Shown here: positions 1-10,312 of the stretch, piece by piece
Numbering within the stretch: the first letter of the stretch is position 1
Layout: each line of letters opens with the position of its first letter
NCBI GenBank assembly: GCA_963790965.1
Contig: CAWBQO010000006.1
Coordinates: 1,139,282 to 1,203,281, forward strand
DNA: 64,000 bases
Direction: 5' to 3'
From: an uncultured Bacteroidota bacterium
Lineage (GTDB): Bacteria; Bacteroidota; Rhodothermia; Rhodothermales; DASSAV01
The notes under the pieces: model-generated
What the model was told of the DNA's origin: nothing
The model's input: only the letters and a program-made list of their open reading frames with translations
The model's database searches: none
Position numbers and translations under genes: made by a program

Positions 1-149
1 GGTTTGTTCGGACACTATCCACCGCATCGCCTTTTCGGCCCTGCGGGGCGCGCAGGCTCCGGGTTGATCGTGTAGTTTATATAGTCGAATGAAAGAGACG
101 GGCGCTGTGGCGGGCATATTCACCGGCGGCACCCGCCGAGCGTAGCAGT

Positions 150-2549
150 ATGGCGAACAGGCAGTATACCGACGAAGAACTCGAGCGCTACTTCAACGAC
201 CCTGCCGCCCGCAAAGGACGGGTTGATCAGGGCGGAACCAACGGAAATGCTTTGGCAACACGCAAGAATAAGAGCTTCTGGTACCGGCGCTTCAAGGACC
301 CGCGAAAGGCGCAGGCCGCTACCGTCGTCACGTGGCTCGCGGGATTTCTGCTCCTGCTGACCGTCGCCCTCGTTGTGTTCCTGCTCGTGCTGCGCTTCGG
401 CTCGGATCTTCCCGATCCCGAAGTGATCGCAAATCCCGATCTGCAGCTTGCGACCGTCGCCTACACGGCAGACGGCGAAGAACTGCAGCGGTACGCCTTC
501 CAGAACCGTTCGATGCTGCACTACGACGAGATCTCGCCGCACGTCGTGAACGCGCTTATCGCCGTAGAGGACCATCGTTTCTACGAACACTGGGGAATGG
601 ACCTCTTTCGCACCTTCTCGGCGGTCGTGCAAACGGTGTTCGACAAGGTCGGCGTTCCCGGCTTCAGGACGCAGGGCGGCTCTACGATCACGCAGCAGCT
701 CGCGCGAAACCTCTTTAACGAACAGATCGGGCGCGAGCAGAACATCGGGCGCAAACTCAAGGAGTGGATCACGGCGGTGGAGTTGGAGCGGCGCTTCACC
801 AAGAAGGAAATCATTGAGATGTACCTGAACACGGTCGAGTTCGGGTACAACTCGTTTGGCATCGAGACGGCAGCCAAGACGTTCTTCGGCAAGACGGCGG
901 CCGAGCTTAACGTGGAGGAATCTGCGGTGCTCGTCGGCATGCAGAAAGCGCCGACGTACTACAACCCCGTCCGCAACCCGGAGAACGCCAAGCGTCGGCG
1001 CAACGTCGTCATGCTGCAGATGGTGCGCAACGGCTTCATTACGCGCGAATACTACGACGAGCACAAGGACGAACCGATCGTCACGGACTACAACTCGTCG
1101 GAGATCACGGCCGGCATCGCGCCCTACTTTGCCGAATACGTTCGCAACTGGCTCAATGCCTGGGCGAAGGCGGAGGGGCGCAATCTGTACGAGGACGGCC
1201 TCGTCGTTTACACGACCCTCGATTCAAGACTGCAAGAGGTCGCGCAGGACGCCGTTCAGGAGCAGATGAAGGGTCTGCAGGCCGTCGTTGATTATGAGTG
1301 GAGCCGCGCTTCAGGTTATAGCCTCGGAAGCGAGCTGGCACCCTACGTGCGCGCAGCGGGATATGAGCCGTTCGGGTACTTCTGGAAGAATAAGCGGGAT
1401 CTCGTCACCGCCTTTATGAAGGACACGGACAGTTACCGGGCGCTCCGAAAAGAGGGACGCCCCGAAGCGGCGGCCCTTAGCACGCTCCGCAATGACGCGG
1501 CCTTCATGGACTCGCTCAAGGCAACGAAGACGCGCCTTGAAGCAGCGCTCCTTTCCATCGACCCCCGCACCGGCTACGTCAAGGCGTGGGTGGGCGGCCG
1601 CGACCTTGCCACGGACTGGTACGACCACGTCGCGACGGCCAAGCGGCAGCCGGGTTCGACCTTCAAGCCGTTCGTGTACACCGCGGCCATCGACAACGGC
1701 TATTCGCCCTCCTTTGCGCTTCCGGATTGCACCTTCACGTGGCGCGACCCGGAAAGCGGTGCCGTCTGGCAGCCGGGCAACTTCGGCGGGCAGTCCGGCG
1801 CGATGGTCACGCTGCGCGAAGCGCTCGCCACGTCGAACAACCTCATTACCGCGCGATTGATGAGCCTGATCGGGCCGCGCACCGTTGCGCAATACGCGCA
1901 CAACATGGGCATCAAGAGCGACCTCGACGAAGTCATGGCGCTTGCCCTCGGTACGAGCGACGTTAGCCTGCTCGAACTCACGTCCGCCTACGCGACCCTC
2001 GCCGACGGCGGGCTGTACCACGAGCCGACGGTGGTGACGCGCATCCAGGACCGTTTCGGCAACGTGCTCTACGAGGCCGAGCCGGTGCCGGAAGAGGCGC
2101 TATCGGAAGAAACGGCGTACACAGTTGTGGACATGTTGCGCGGCGGCGTTCGCCACCCGAACGGCACTGGTTCACGGCTGTCCTGGCAGTGGGGCCTCGG
2201 CGACTACGACATCGCGTCCAAGACGGGAACTACGCAGGAGAGCGCCGACGGCTGGCTCATGTTGCTGCACCCGGATCTCGTCACCGGCGCGTGGGTCGGA
2301 TTCAATGACCGCCGGATCGTCTTTCGCTCCAATTACTGGGGCCAAGGTGCCCACAACGCCCTCTTCCTTGTCGGCGATTACTTCAAAAGAGCCGTGGCAT
2401 TGCCGGACACGCCGATCATGAAAAGTGCTCTTTTCCCCAGTCCGGCCGAATACACGTCCCCGGAAGAGCGCGCTATCGATGTCGGCAACTCCGACGGTCG
2501 TGCTGAAGAGGAGCGCGACGCGCGCGACCCCGGCCGTGTCGCCTGGTAG
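150..2549 (+). CDS. mrcA: Class A penicillin-binding protein (PBP1A-type transglycosylase/transpeptidase)
   Basis: 799-aa ORF with an N-terminal TM. GT51 motifs EDHRFYEHWG, GGSTITQQ and RKLKEW. Transpeptidase motifs STFKPF (SxxK), SNN and KTGTT. Confidence 0.9.
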   Translation: MANRQYTDEELERYFNDPAARKGRVDQGGTNGNALATRKNKSFWYRRFKDPRKAQAATVVTWLAGFLLLLTVALVVFLLVLRFGSDLPDPEVIANPDLQLATVAYTADGEELQRYAFQNRSMLHYDEISPHVVNALIAVEDHRFYEHWGMDLFRTFSAVVQTVFDKVGVPGFRTQGGSTITQQLARNLFNEQIGREQNIGRKLKEWITAVELERRFTKKEIIEMYLNTVEFGYNSFGIETAAKTFFGKTAAELNVEESAVLVGMQKAPTYYNPVRNPENAKRRRNVVMLQMVRNGFITREYYDEHKDEPIVTDYNSSEITAGIAPYFAEYVRNWLNAWAKAEGRNLYEDGLVVYTTLDSRLQEVAQDAVQEQMKGLQAVVDYEWSRASGYSLGSELAPYVRAAGYEPFGYFWKNKRDLVTAFMKDTDSYRALRKEGRPEAAALSTLRNDAAFMDSLKATKTRLEAALLSIDPRTGYVKAWVGGRDLATDWYDHVATAKRQPGSTFKPFVYTAAIDNGYSPSFALPDCTFTWRDPESGAVWQPGNFGGQSGAMVTLREALATSNNLITARLMSLIGPRTVAQYAHNMGIKSDLDEVMALALGTSDVSLLELTSAYATLADGGLYHEPTVVTRIQDRFGNVLYEAEPVPEEALSEETAYTVVDMLRGGVRHPNGTGSRLSWQWGLGDYDIASKTGTTQESADGWLMLLHPDLVTGAWVGFNDRRIVFRSNYWGQGAHNALFLVGDYFKRAVALPDTPIMKSALFPSPAEYTSPEERAIDVGNSDGRAEEERDARDPGRVAW

Positions 2550-2582
2550 CGCAACCCTGTTTAACTTGATCCTCGGCGCGGT

Positions 2583-3845
2583 TTGAAGATCCTGCACACG
2601 GCCGACATTCACCTCGGCACCAACACCTACGGCCGCATTGACGGGGCGACGGGAATTAACACCCGCCTGCTGGATTTTCAGCGGGCCTTTGACCGCATGG
2701 TGGCCGTTGGGCTTGAAGAAGATATCGACGTATTCCTCTTCTGCGGAGATGCCTATCGCACGGCCGACCCCTCGCCCACGGAGCAGCGCACGTTCGCCGA
2801 GTGCCTGAAGCCCATCTCGGATGCGGGCATTCCCATCGTGATGATCGTTGGAAACCACGATCATCCCGTCTCCTACGGGCGCGCGTCGTCTATCGACATC
2901 TTCGGATATCTCTCGGGCACGGTTTACGTCTATCGCAAGATCGACGCCGCGACCATCCCGACGCGTAGTGGGCCGCTGCAGCTCGTTGCCCTCCCGTGGC
3001 CGATCCGCAGCGGCATCCTCTCGCGGGAAGAGCACCGGAAGAAGACGCCGCTCCAGGTTCGCGATTTCATCGAGGAGACGTACACGAACTTTCTGGAGTC
3101 CGCGGTGGCCCAGTTCGATCCCGCGCTGCCTACCGTCGTTGCAGCGCACCTCACAGTTCGCGGCGCTGAGTCGGCGCACCGCGAACGCACGAGCCACATC
3201 GACAGCGAGCCTACGTTTGGCGTCGGGCAGCTGGCCTTGCCGGGCGTCGACTATGTGGCGCTCGGGCATATCCACCGGTACCAAGACCGGAATGAAGGAG
3301 CGCAGCCGGCGGTCGTGTATCCGAGCAGCATCGAGCGCGTCTCGTTTAACGAAGCGGACGAGGAGAAGGGTTTTGTGATCGTCGAGATCGACACGAGCGG
3401 ACCGGAGAAGCGCACGACGCATCGTTTCGAACCGACGGGCGCGCGGCGCTATGTCAAGTTCGATGTGGACGCGCGGGAGAGTGTAGACCCGACGGCCGCC
3501 ATTGTAGAGGCGATCTCCCAGAGGTCTGTAGAAGATGCCATCGTTCGCGTCCGGTACCGGGTGGACGAGCGGCAGGTTGCCCTCCTCGATGCGAGCCGGA
3601 TCCGGGAAGCCCTTCGGGGCAGTTTTGCCATCGCAGAGGTGCAGCGCACCGTAGATTCGGAAGAGCGGCAGCGCCGCAGCGTCGTCCACCGCGACACTGA
3701 TTTGAAGGAGGCGCTCGAGCGCTACATCGAGCAGCGGGAGCCGCTGAAGGGGATCAAGGAAGACCTCTTAGGTGCAGCCATGGAGATCGAGGCAGCATAC
3801 AACACGTCAATTAAAGGCGAGACGGATACTTTTGAAGAGCATTGA
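2583..3845 (+). CDS. SbcD/Mre11-family metallophosphoesterase DNA exonuclease
   Basis: 420-aa ORF with a TTG start. Calcineurin-like nuclease motifs ADIHLG, GDAYR, GNHD and GHIH. No SbcC-like partner is adjacent. Confidence 0.8.
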   Translation: MKILHTADIHLGTNTYGRIDGATGINTRLLDFQRAFDRMVAVGLEEDIDVFLFCGDAYRTADPSPTEQRTFAECLKPISDAGIPIVMIVGNHDHPVSYGRASSIDIFGYLSGTVYVYRKIDAATIPTRSGPLQLVALPWPIRSGILSREEHRKKTPLQVRDFIEETYTNFLESAVAQFDPALPTVVAAHLTVRGAESAHRERTSHIDSEPTFGVGQLALPGVDYVALGHIHRYQDRNEGAQPAVVYPSSIERVSFNEADEEKGFVIVEIDTSGPEKRTTHRFEPTGARRYVKFDVDARESVDPTAAIVEAISQRSVEDAIVRVRYRVDERQVALLDASRIREALRGSFAIAEVQRTVDSEERQRRSVVHRDTDLKEALERYIEQREPLKGIKEDLLGAAMEIEAAYNTSIKGETDTFEEH

Positions 3846-3855
3846 TCGCGAAGCG

Positions 3856-4269
3856 TTGCTTTCGAAGCCCAGAGGGCTGGACGTAACGCTCGGCATTTCG
3901 TACGAGAAACTGGATCCGGACGAGGTGGTCGCGACCATGCCCGTCACGGCGGGGCACCGGCAGCCGGTGGGCTACCTTCACGGCGGCGCGAGTGTCGCGC
4001 TGGCCGAGAGCGTCGCCAGCATCGGCGGGACGCTCCGGTGTCCGGAAGGCAAGGCGACTTTCGGAATGGAGATCAATGCCAACCACGTGCGGCCCATGCG
4101 CGAAGGCATCTTGCGGGCGGTCGGGCACCCGGTGTTCACGGGCCGGAGCACGCAGGTTTGGGAGGTACGTCTTTCCGACGAGCGGGAGCGCCTGATCTGC
4201 ATCTCGCGCTGCACGCTCGCCGTCGTGGATATTGAGAACGAGACGAAGTCATCGGGTAATGAAAGCTGA
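3856..4269 (+). CDS. PaaI/hotdog-fold acyl-CoA thioesterase
   Basis: The frame is open from 3772 but overlaps the sbcD-like 3' end, so TTG 3856 is the likeliest start. Motif HRQPVGYLHGGASVALAESV is typical of PaaI/YbdB thioesterases. Confidence 0.65.
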   Translation: MLSKPRGLDVTLGISYEKLDPDEVVATMPVTAGHRQPVGYLHGGASVALAESVASIGGTLRCPEGKATFGMEINANHVRPMREGILRAVGHPVFTGRSTQVWEVRLSDERERLICISRCTLAVVDIENETKSSGNES

Positions 4270-4741
4270 AGAACTCTTCGTGACCATTCCACGCAAGGAA
4301 GGCGTCGCGGAAAAGGAAGCGCCGGTCCAGGCGTGGCCCTTCGTCGAGGCGGCCTTGAACGTCATCGGTGCCGATCCCGCCACCCGCGAAGCGGCGGCTG
4401 AGGCTATTCTACTCAGCGACGGATGCGTCGTGCTGGCAAACTATCTGAACAGCGAAGCCAAGCGCGTTCACCGGATGGACTACCGGTTCAAAGTGCCTCT
4501 CATCGTGCTTGCCGCTGAGCTGGGCAGGGAAGACGGCGGCGTCGACTCCATCTACGATCCCGGCGAAGGCGCGATCTACTTCGAGACGGACGAGGCCCAG
4601 TATTCCTTCCACATTTTCAAAGACTGGACCGTGGACTGGACCGCCGTCGCCGACGAGGTGCAGGAGAAGTACGGCTGGAGCGGGGTCGAGAACCAGGCGT
4701 GGGCGCTCGATCAGCTGCTGGCCTTTCTGCCTGAGGAATAG
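4259..4741 (+). CDS. Hypothetical protein
   Basis: 160-aa ORF from ATG 4259, overlapping the upstream stop by a few nt. Amino-acid composition looks coding. No family recognised. Confidence 0.45.
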   Translation: MKAEELFVTIPRKEGVAEKEAPVQAWPFVEAALNVIGADPATREAAAEAILLSDGCVVLANYLNSEAKRVHRMDYRFKVPLIVLAAELGREDGGVDSIYDPGEGAIYFETDEAQYSFHIFKDWTVDWTAVADEVQEKYGWSGVENQAWALDQLLAFLPEE

Positions 4742-4747
4742 CGCCTG

Positions 4748-5614
4748 TCAGGGTTCCAGGCCGTGCCACGAGGCAAGGCCGTTCAGCCGCGCCGCCTCGG
4801 CAGCTCCCATCGCCTCTGAAGCGTCCTCAAAGACGCCGTAAACCGCCGATCCCGATCCCGACAGCGACACGTAATCCGCTCCCGCGCTGCGGAGCATCGC
4901 CGCCGCATCCGCAACGGCGGGGTAGCGCGAGAAGATCGGGGCTTGAAAGTGGTTGACCAGCTCCTCGCGCCACCGGACAAGATCGTTCGAGCGCACCACT
5001 TCGCGCAGATCGGGTAGCCCCTCGTCGAGTGGGGTCACGAGACCGTACGCCTCCGCCGTCGCCACTTCCACCGGTGGCACGACCACCACAAGGCTGAACG
5101 GCAGCCGGTATGCCTCTCCTGTGTCCCCGTCGAGGAGCGGCTCCAGCCGTTCGCCCCGGCCCGTGGCATAGGCGGTGCTATCGCCGAGGAAAAACGGCAC
5201 GTCAGATCCCAGTGCCGCGGCGACGGCGTGCAGCCGATCCTTCGGAAGGTGCAGACGCCAGAGGCGATCAAGAAGAATCAGCGTAGAGGCTGCATCGGAA
5301 GACCCGCCGCCGAGTCCGGCACCGTAGGGAATATGCTTCTCCAGATGAATGGCAGCGCCCGCGTCCGTTCCCGCTTCGCGCCTGAGCACCTCAGCCGCCC
5401 TGATGCACAGGTTTCGGCCGTCGACTGGGAGCGCAGGGTGGGAACAAGTCATCGACACCTCCGGCGCGCGCTCGACAGTTAGCTCGTCCGCCCACGGCAC
5501 CGGTAGAAAAACGGTTTCGAGATCATGGAACCCGTCGGGGCGGCGGCGGCGTACGTGCAGGCCGAGATTGATCTTGGCCGGTGCTGAACGCGTGAGAACG
5601 ATAGGTTTAAGCAA
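4748..5614 (-). CDS. ispE: 4-diphosphocytidyl-2-C-methyl-D-erythritol kinase
   Basis: 288 aa. N-terminal PAKINLGLHV..RRPDGFHDLETVF and GHMP-kinase motif GAGLGGGSSDAA. Confidence 0.9.
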   Translation of the reverse strand: MLKPIVLTRSAPAKINLGLHVRRRRPDGFHDLETVFLPVPWADELTVERAPEVSMTCSHPALPVDGRNLCIRAAEVLRREAGTDAGAAIHLEKHIPYGAGLGGGSSDAASTLILLDRLWRLHLPKDRLHAVAAALGSDVPFFLGDSTAYATGRGERLEPLLDGDTGEAYRLPFSLVVVVPPVEVATAEAYGLVTPLDEGLPDLREVVRSNDLVRWREELVNHFQAPIFSRYPAVADAAAMLRSAGADYVSLSGSGSAVYGVFEDASEAMGAAEAARLNGLASWHGLEP

Positions 5615-5799
5615 AGGGGTACTGCAGTTTGCATTGCGTTCCGTCTCGGTGGTTCGTAAGTTACGAACTCTTCGTACAAGGTATTCTCCCGCTTTGCCGC
5701 CGCCCGCCTATCGATCCTCTCGATACGAACTCATAGCCTTCTCTCATGCCAACGGCTTGAAAGCGGAGCCTTCTGTTGTACTTTCCTTCCTACTGGCGA

Positions 5800-7515
5800 A
5801 TGCGCGGTTTTAATTTGCGGAGCGGCCTGCTCCTTCTTGGCGGGCTGATCCTCCTTGCTACGTCGAATCCGGCGCACGCTCAGACGCTCCGGGGCATTGG
5901 CCGTCTGCAACAAGACCCGGATGAGGAGTCGGCTTCCGCCGCGCGCGCGCTGCGCGTCGAGCGTGCGGCTGGCGGCACGTTCGCGCTCGAAGGGGCGGTC
6001 GATGCCGATGCCTATCTCGTGGGACCCGGCGACGTGTTCTCCGTTTCCATCGGCGGGGCACAGCCGGTCGTCTACACGGCCATGGTGACGCCCGACGGCT
6101 ACCTCGTCTTTCCGGACGCGGGCGGCGTGCCGGTTGCGGGCGAGAGCCTTCTGGCGGCTCGCCGCCGGGCGCAGGCGGCCCTTGCGACGCATTACCGCAA
6201 TGTGCCCATTGATCTGGCGCTCATGCAACCGCGGCGGTTTGCCGTCCATGTGACCGGCGCCGTGCCCAACGCCGGCCGCGCCTACGCCTCCGCTACCGAG
6301 CGCGTAAGCGACGTGGTAACGCGCGTCTTTGACACGCCCCGGCAGGCCGCCGTAACCAATCAGGAATACGAGCCGTCGCTGCGCGACATTCTCGTGCGCC
6401 ACCGAGACGGCACCGAGCAGCACGTCGATCTCGTTCGCTACAAAGCGACCGGCGAGGTAGACCTGAACCCGTACCTGCAAGACGGCGACGTGATCTCCAT
6501 TCCGGCCTACCGCACCCGCTTCGACGTGGTTTTTGTCAACGGAGCCGTGCCGTTCCCCGACACTTACGCTTATCGCCCGGGCGACCGCGTGCTCGACCTG
6601 CTTGCCATCTCCGGCGGGCGGCAGTTAATCGAGGAAGGCGGAACGGTTCGCTTGCAGCGCCGCGGCACGAGCGAGCCGATGCTCCTCGACATCCAGGCAA
6701 TGGCCAGCGGAACGGCTGAAAACGTGCCCATCCAGCCATTGGACGGCATCTTTGTTATCTCCAGCAACGATCTCCGGGGGACGGCCGACGTGATCGGACC
6801 GGTGAAATATCCCGGAACGTATCCAATCGTCGAGGGAGAAAGCACGCTGAAGGAACTGGTGCTTCGTCAGGCCGGCGGGTTGCTTCCCGGTGCCCGGATG
6901 CAAGGCGCGCTGCTGCTGCGCGGCCGGAACACGGACTGGCGCCAGGCGCGCGCCGACACGACGGCGCTGTCGAGAACAGCCAGCGGGGCCGACTTGCCGC
7001 TATTGAGCCGGATTTATCTGCAGAATCAATTGAGACTGAGCGATGTGGTGCCCGTCGATCTGTCGGACGCGCTTCAAAGCGGCGGCGCGCCCGTTTACCT
7101 GCACGACGGCGACCGGCTGCTCATCCAGACGGATGATCGCTCGGTGTACGTGTTTGGCCAAGTGGCGCGGCCCGGCTACGTGCCTTACGTGGCGGGCGGC
7201 AGCGCGGCAAGTTACCTCGCGCAGGCGGGAGGTGCGACCGAGGCTGCGACGGAGCGGTGGGTGGTTAAGGCCGGCAGCAACCGGCTTTTGCCTCTGGAGG
7301 GAGCGAGTATAGAGTCCGGTGACGCCATTTTCATCGACCGTTCGCCGATGGCAGAAACGCTGCCGGCGCGCCAGCTCGAGATCCAGGAGAACCAGCTCGA
7401 CCTTCAGCGCCGCCAGCTCCGAAGCGATAACCGGAGCCGGTTCATTCAGACTGCGCTGCAGACGGTAAGTCTGGTAGCCAGCACCATCACGACGATCATC
7501 GTATTGCAGCGATAG
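5800..7515 (+). CDS. Polysaccharide export protein (Wza-like, multiple SLBB domains)
   Basis: Signal peptide LLLLGGLILLATSNPAHAQ. Poly_export-like GPGDVFSVSI. Repeated SLBB-type D-G-D-x-I/L-x-I motifs (DGDVISIP, DGDRLLIQT, SGDAIFID). C-terminal TM. Confidence 0.8.
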   Translation: MRGFNLRSGLLLLGGLILLATSNPAHAQTLRGIGRLQQDPDEESASAARALRVERAAGGTFALEGAVDADAYLVGPGDVFSVSIGGAQPVVYTAMVTPDGYLVFPDAGGVPVAGESLLAARRRAQAALATHYRNVPIDLALMQPRRFAVHVTGAVPNAGRAYASATERVSDVVTRVFDTPRQAAVTNQEYEPSLRDILVRHRDGTEQHVDLVRYKATGEVDLNPYLQDGDVISIPAYRTRFDVVFVNGAVPFPDTYAYRPGDRVLDLLAISGGRQLIEEGGTVRLQRRGTSEPMLLDIQAMASGTAENVPIQPLDGIFVISSNDLRGTADVIGPVKYPGTYPIVEGESTLKELVLRQAGGLLPGARMQGALLLRGRNTDWRQARADTTALSRTASGADLPLLSRIYLQNQLRLSDVVPVDLSDALQSGGAPVYLHDGDRLLIQTDDRSVYVFGQVARPGYVPYVAGGSAASYLAQAGGATEAATERWVVKAGSNRLLPLEGASIESGDAIFIDRSPMAETLPARQLEIQENQLDLQRRQLRSDNRSRFIQTALQTVSLVASTITTIIVLQR

Positions 7516-7538
7516 GAGCGACCAAGAGTGAGACGGTT

Positions 7539-8792
7539 ATGACCAACGGGAACGGAAATCTTGGCCCGAGCGGTTCCCTTGGGGGTGCCCCTCAGTCCGC
7601 GCGTGAGCCGGGAAAGGACGCGCTCTGGTATGTGGCCGGCGTGCTGATGAGGCGGCGGCTGTTCATTATTGGCACAGCGGCGTTCGTGGCGGTGGCATCG
7701 GTGGTCATAACGCTCCTGATGCCGAACGTTTACGAGGCATCCGTGCGCGTGCTTGCTCCCGAGCGCGGCAGCAGCGGACTTCTCGCCTCCGCGCTTATGA
7801 AGAACCTTCCGGGCGGTGCCTTGAGCCTCTTGGGCGGACCGTCGGCCGACTACAGCCGGTATCTCACGATACTTTCGAGCCGCAACCTTCATGAGGACGT
7901 CGTCGACAAGTTTGATCTCGTGAACGTCTACGAGGTTCAGGATAAGAAATTTCCCGGCTTGCTGGCGCGCAAAAGGTTGAATGATAATCTGACCCTTGAA
8001 GTGGACGCGGAGTACGAGTATCTGGCGGTGAAAGTAAAGGATGAAGATCCCGAGCGCGCCGCCGAGATCGCCAACTACTTCGTGCGCCGGATGAACGAGC
8101 TTAACGCCGATCTGGCCAGTGGAAGCGCCGGGAAGTACAGGCAGTTTATCGAAGACCGGTACGCCGCCAGCATTTCCGCAATGGACTCCGTCATGGACGC
8201 CATTCAGGCTTTTCAGCAGCAGTACGGCCTATACGATCTTCCGGCGCAAACGCAAACGTTCTTCGAGCAGGTGGGTGGAATGCGGGCTGCCGCCATCGAG
8301 GCGGAGATCCAGTATGAAACGCTCTCGGCGCAGCTTGGGCCGGACAATTCCCAGGTGCAGGCGCTCCGCGATGCCGCCAACGTAGCCAACCGCAAGTACC
8401 GTAACGCTTTGGAAGGTCAGGAGGCCGTCATGCCGGTACCGAGAGAGGAGATGGCGGGCGTGATGCGGCAGTACCTGCAGCTTCAGCGCGAAAGCATCAT
8501 GCAGGGCCGGATCCTCGAAGTCGTGCGGCCGCTGCTCGAGCAGGCGCGACTCGACGAACAGCAGAAAGTCGAGGCCGTGCAGGTCGTCGACCCCGCCGTT
8601 GCGCCCGAGCGCAAGGTAGAGCCGCGCCGGTCGATCATTGTCATCATGGCAACCCTTTCCGCTTTTGTCCTCGCCATGATATTTGCGGTTCTATACGACT
8701 TTGCTCAACGGCGTTCGCCGGCGCTGCTGGCCCATCTTCGCGAGGCCGAACAGGAGCACCCGGAGAAGCCACTATCAAAAGCGACGGCATGA
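7539..8792 (+). CDS. Polysaccharide co-polymerase / chain-length determinant (Wzz/GumC-like, no kinase domain)
   Basis: 417 aa with N- and C-terminal TM segments flanking a coiled-coil-rich periplasmic region. Position lies between the export protein and Wzy. Confidence 0.7.
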   Translation: MTNGNGNLGPSGSLGGAPQSAREPGKDALWYVAGVLMRRRLFIIGTAAFVAVASVVITLLMPNVYEASVRVLAPERGSSGLLASALMKNLPGGALSLLGGPSADYSRYLTILSSRNLHEDVVDKFDLVNVYEVQDKKFPGLLARKRLNDNLTLEVDAEYEYLAVKVKDEDPERAAEIANYFVRRMNELNADLASGSAGKYRQFIEDRYAASISAMDSVMDAIQAFQQQYGLYDLPAQTQTFFEQVGGMRAAAIEAEIQYETLSAQLGPDNSQVQALRDAANVANRKYRNALEGQEAVMPVPREEMAGVMRQYLQLQRESIMQGRILEVVRPLLEQARLDEQQKVEAVQVVDPAVAPERKVEPRRSIIVIMATLSAFVLAMIFAVLYDFAQRRSPALLAHLREAEQEHPEKPLSKATA

Positions 8793-10246
8793 TGGCCCGT
8801 CCGCTGTTCGCTACCGTTTCGGAAGAACGCTTCTGGCGCATCGAACGCGCGCTGCTGGCGGCAGCCTTCGCCGCAGTGCTCGCACTCCTTCTGCTTCTGG
8901 CATGGAAGGCACCCGAATTTATGCTGGTGTTGCCCGCGCTTTTCTTGCTCGGGGCTGCCGTTCGCCGCCTGGGAAAACACCCTCTACTGAACCTTTGCAT
9001 CATCGTGGGAGGGTTCGTGCTGACGCTTCAGCAGAGCGATGGCTTTGATGCAGCGGAGGCCATCTATGCCGTGTACCTGGTCTCGTACCTGCTCGGATGG
9101 TTCGCTTTCGAGTTTGCCGAACGTGGGATGAGCGTTTTTCAGTCTGCCGAGGACCTGCTCCTCCTCGGGTTTCTCATCCTCGGCACGGCTTCTATCGGGA
9201 CGTCGATCATCTTCCGGGCCGAGCCGGCAGAGATTCTCAGCGGTTGGTACCCGCTGCTGGTGCTTTCGCTCTTTTACCCGCTGAAGGAGACCTGCCGGCG
9301 GTACCCGGAGGCGCTACGGTACCTGCTGATCGCCTTTGCCCTCCTGACGATTTTCATCGTGGTGCGCAACTTCTACTACTATATGACGCGCCTGGGCGAT
9401 GCAAAGTACGTCTGGCAGATCATCAACGGGCGGGCACGGCTGAACGAGCGGCTACTCTTCATCGCCTTTACAGGAAGCCTTTCGCTTGCGCTCTATATCA
9501 GGCGAGCGGCAGCCACCGTGCCGCTTTTTGTCTTCTCCGCCTTTCTGCTGGCCGGCATCATCATCGGGCAGGGCCGCGCCGTGTGGATGGCCGTCGCCCT
9601 GACAATCGGAATCCTGTTCGTGCTGTCCGGCGGTCGGGAGCGCATGCGCCTCTCATTGCTGGCGGTCGGAGCCTCCCTGCTGGTAATCGTGGCGATGGGG
9701 TTCATTCTGGACAACTTCGCCAACATCGTCGCACATGGACTCACGCGGCGGTTTACCTCGCTGGAAACAGCGACTACGAAGGACCTCTCGCTCGTCAATC
9801 GCTTCTACGAGTGGAAGGCGGCAGGTGCTCTGATTCTGCAGAATCCATTTCTGGGCTACGGCTTTGGCCGGGAGTATGCTTTCTATGACATCATTGAAAA
9901 CATCACCGTTCGTAAAAGCTTCATCCACAATATGTATATGGGCGTGACGTATCGCCACGGAATCATGGCGCTGGTCTTGCTCCTGTCGTTCTGGGGAGTG
10001 GTCATATGGAAAAGCTTCCGAGCCTTCAGATTATCGCGGCTCGATAGTTGGGAACGACCAATGGCGCTGGCCACGTTCGCCGCGCTGGTGGGTCTCGCGC
10101 TTGCCAACGCAACAGAGCCTATGTTTACCTCCGATGAAGGAACGTTCGCGGTCGCCTTCCTGGGTGCCGTAGCGACGGCGCTCTGGCACCGAGTGACGGC
10201 GCGGGAGAACCCCCACACGCCGGCCGCTGCGATGGCCGATGTGTAG
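8789..10246 (+). CDS. O-antigen polymerase/ligase-family membrane protein (Wzy-like)
   Basis: 485-aa polytopic membrane protein. The start overlaps the upstream stop (ATGA). Gene context is a Wzx/Wzy cluster. Confidence 0.7.
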   Translation: MMARPLFATVSEERFWRIERALLAAAFAAVLALLLLLAWKAPEFMLVLPALFLLGAAVRRLGKHPLLNLCIIVGGFVLTLQQSDGFDAAEAIYAVYLVSYLLGWFAFEFAERGMSVFQSAEDLLLLGFLILGTASIGTSIIFRAEPAEILSGWYPLLVLSLFYPLKETCRRYPEALRYLLIAFALLTIFIVVRNFYYYMTRLGDAKYVWQIINGRARLNERLLFIAFTGSLSLALYIRRAAATVPLFVFSAFLLAGIIIGQGRAVWMAVALTIGILFVLSGGRERMRLSLLAVGASLLVIVAMGFILDNFANIVAHGLTRRFTSLETATTKDLSLVNRFYEWKAAGALILQNPFLGYGFGREYAFYDIIENITVRKSFIHNMYMGVTYRHGIMALVLLLSFWGVVIWKSFRAFRLSRLDSWERPMALATFAALVGLALANATEPMFTSDEGTFAVAFLGAVATALWHRVTARENPHTPAAAMADV

Positions 10247-10312
10247 GCTTGCCGCCTGGAGCCGGGCTTATCATGCGGGCCGGCATGTTCGCAGACACAG
10301 AGGGGTGCCTTC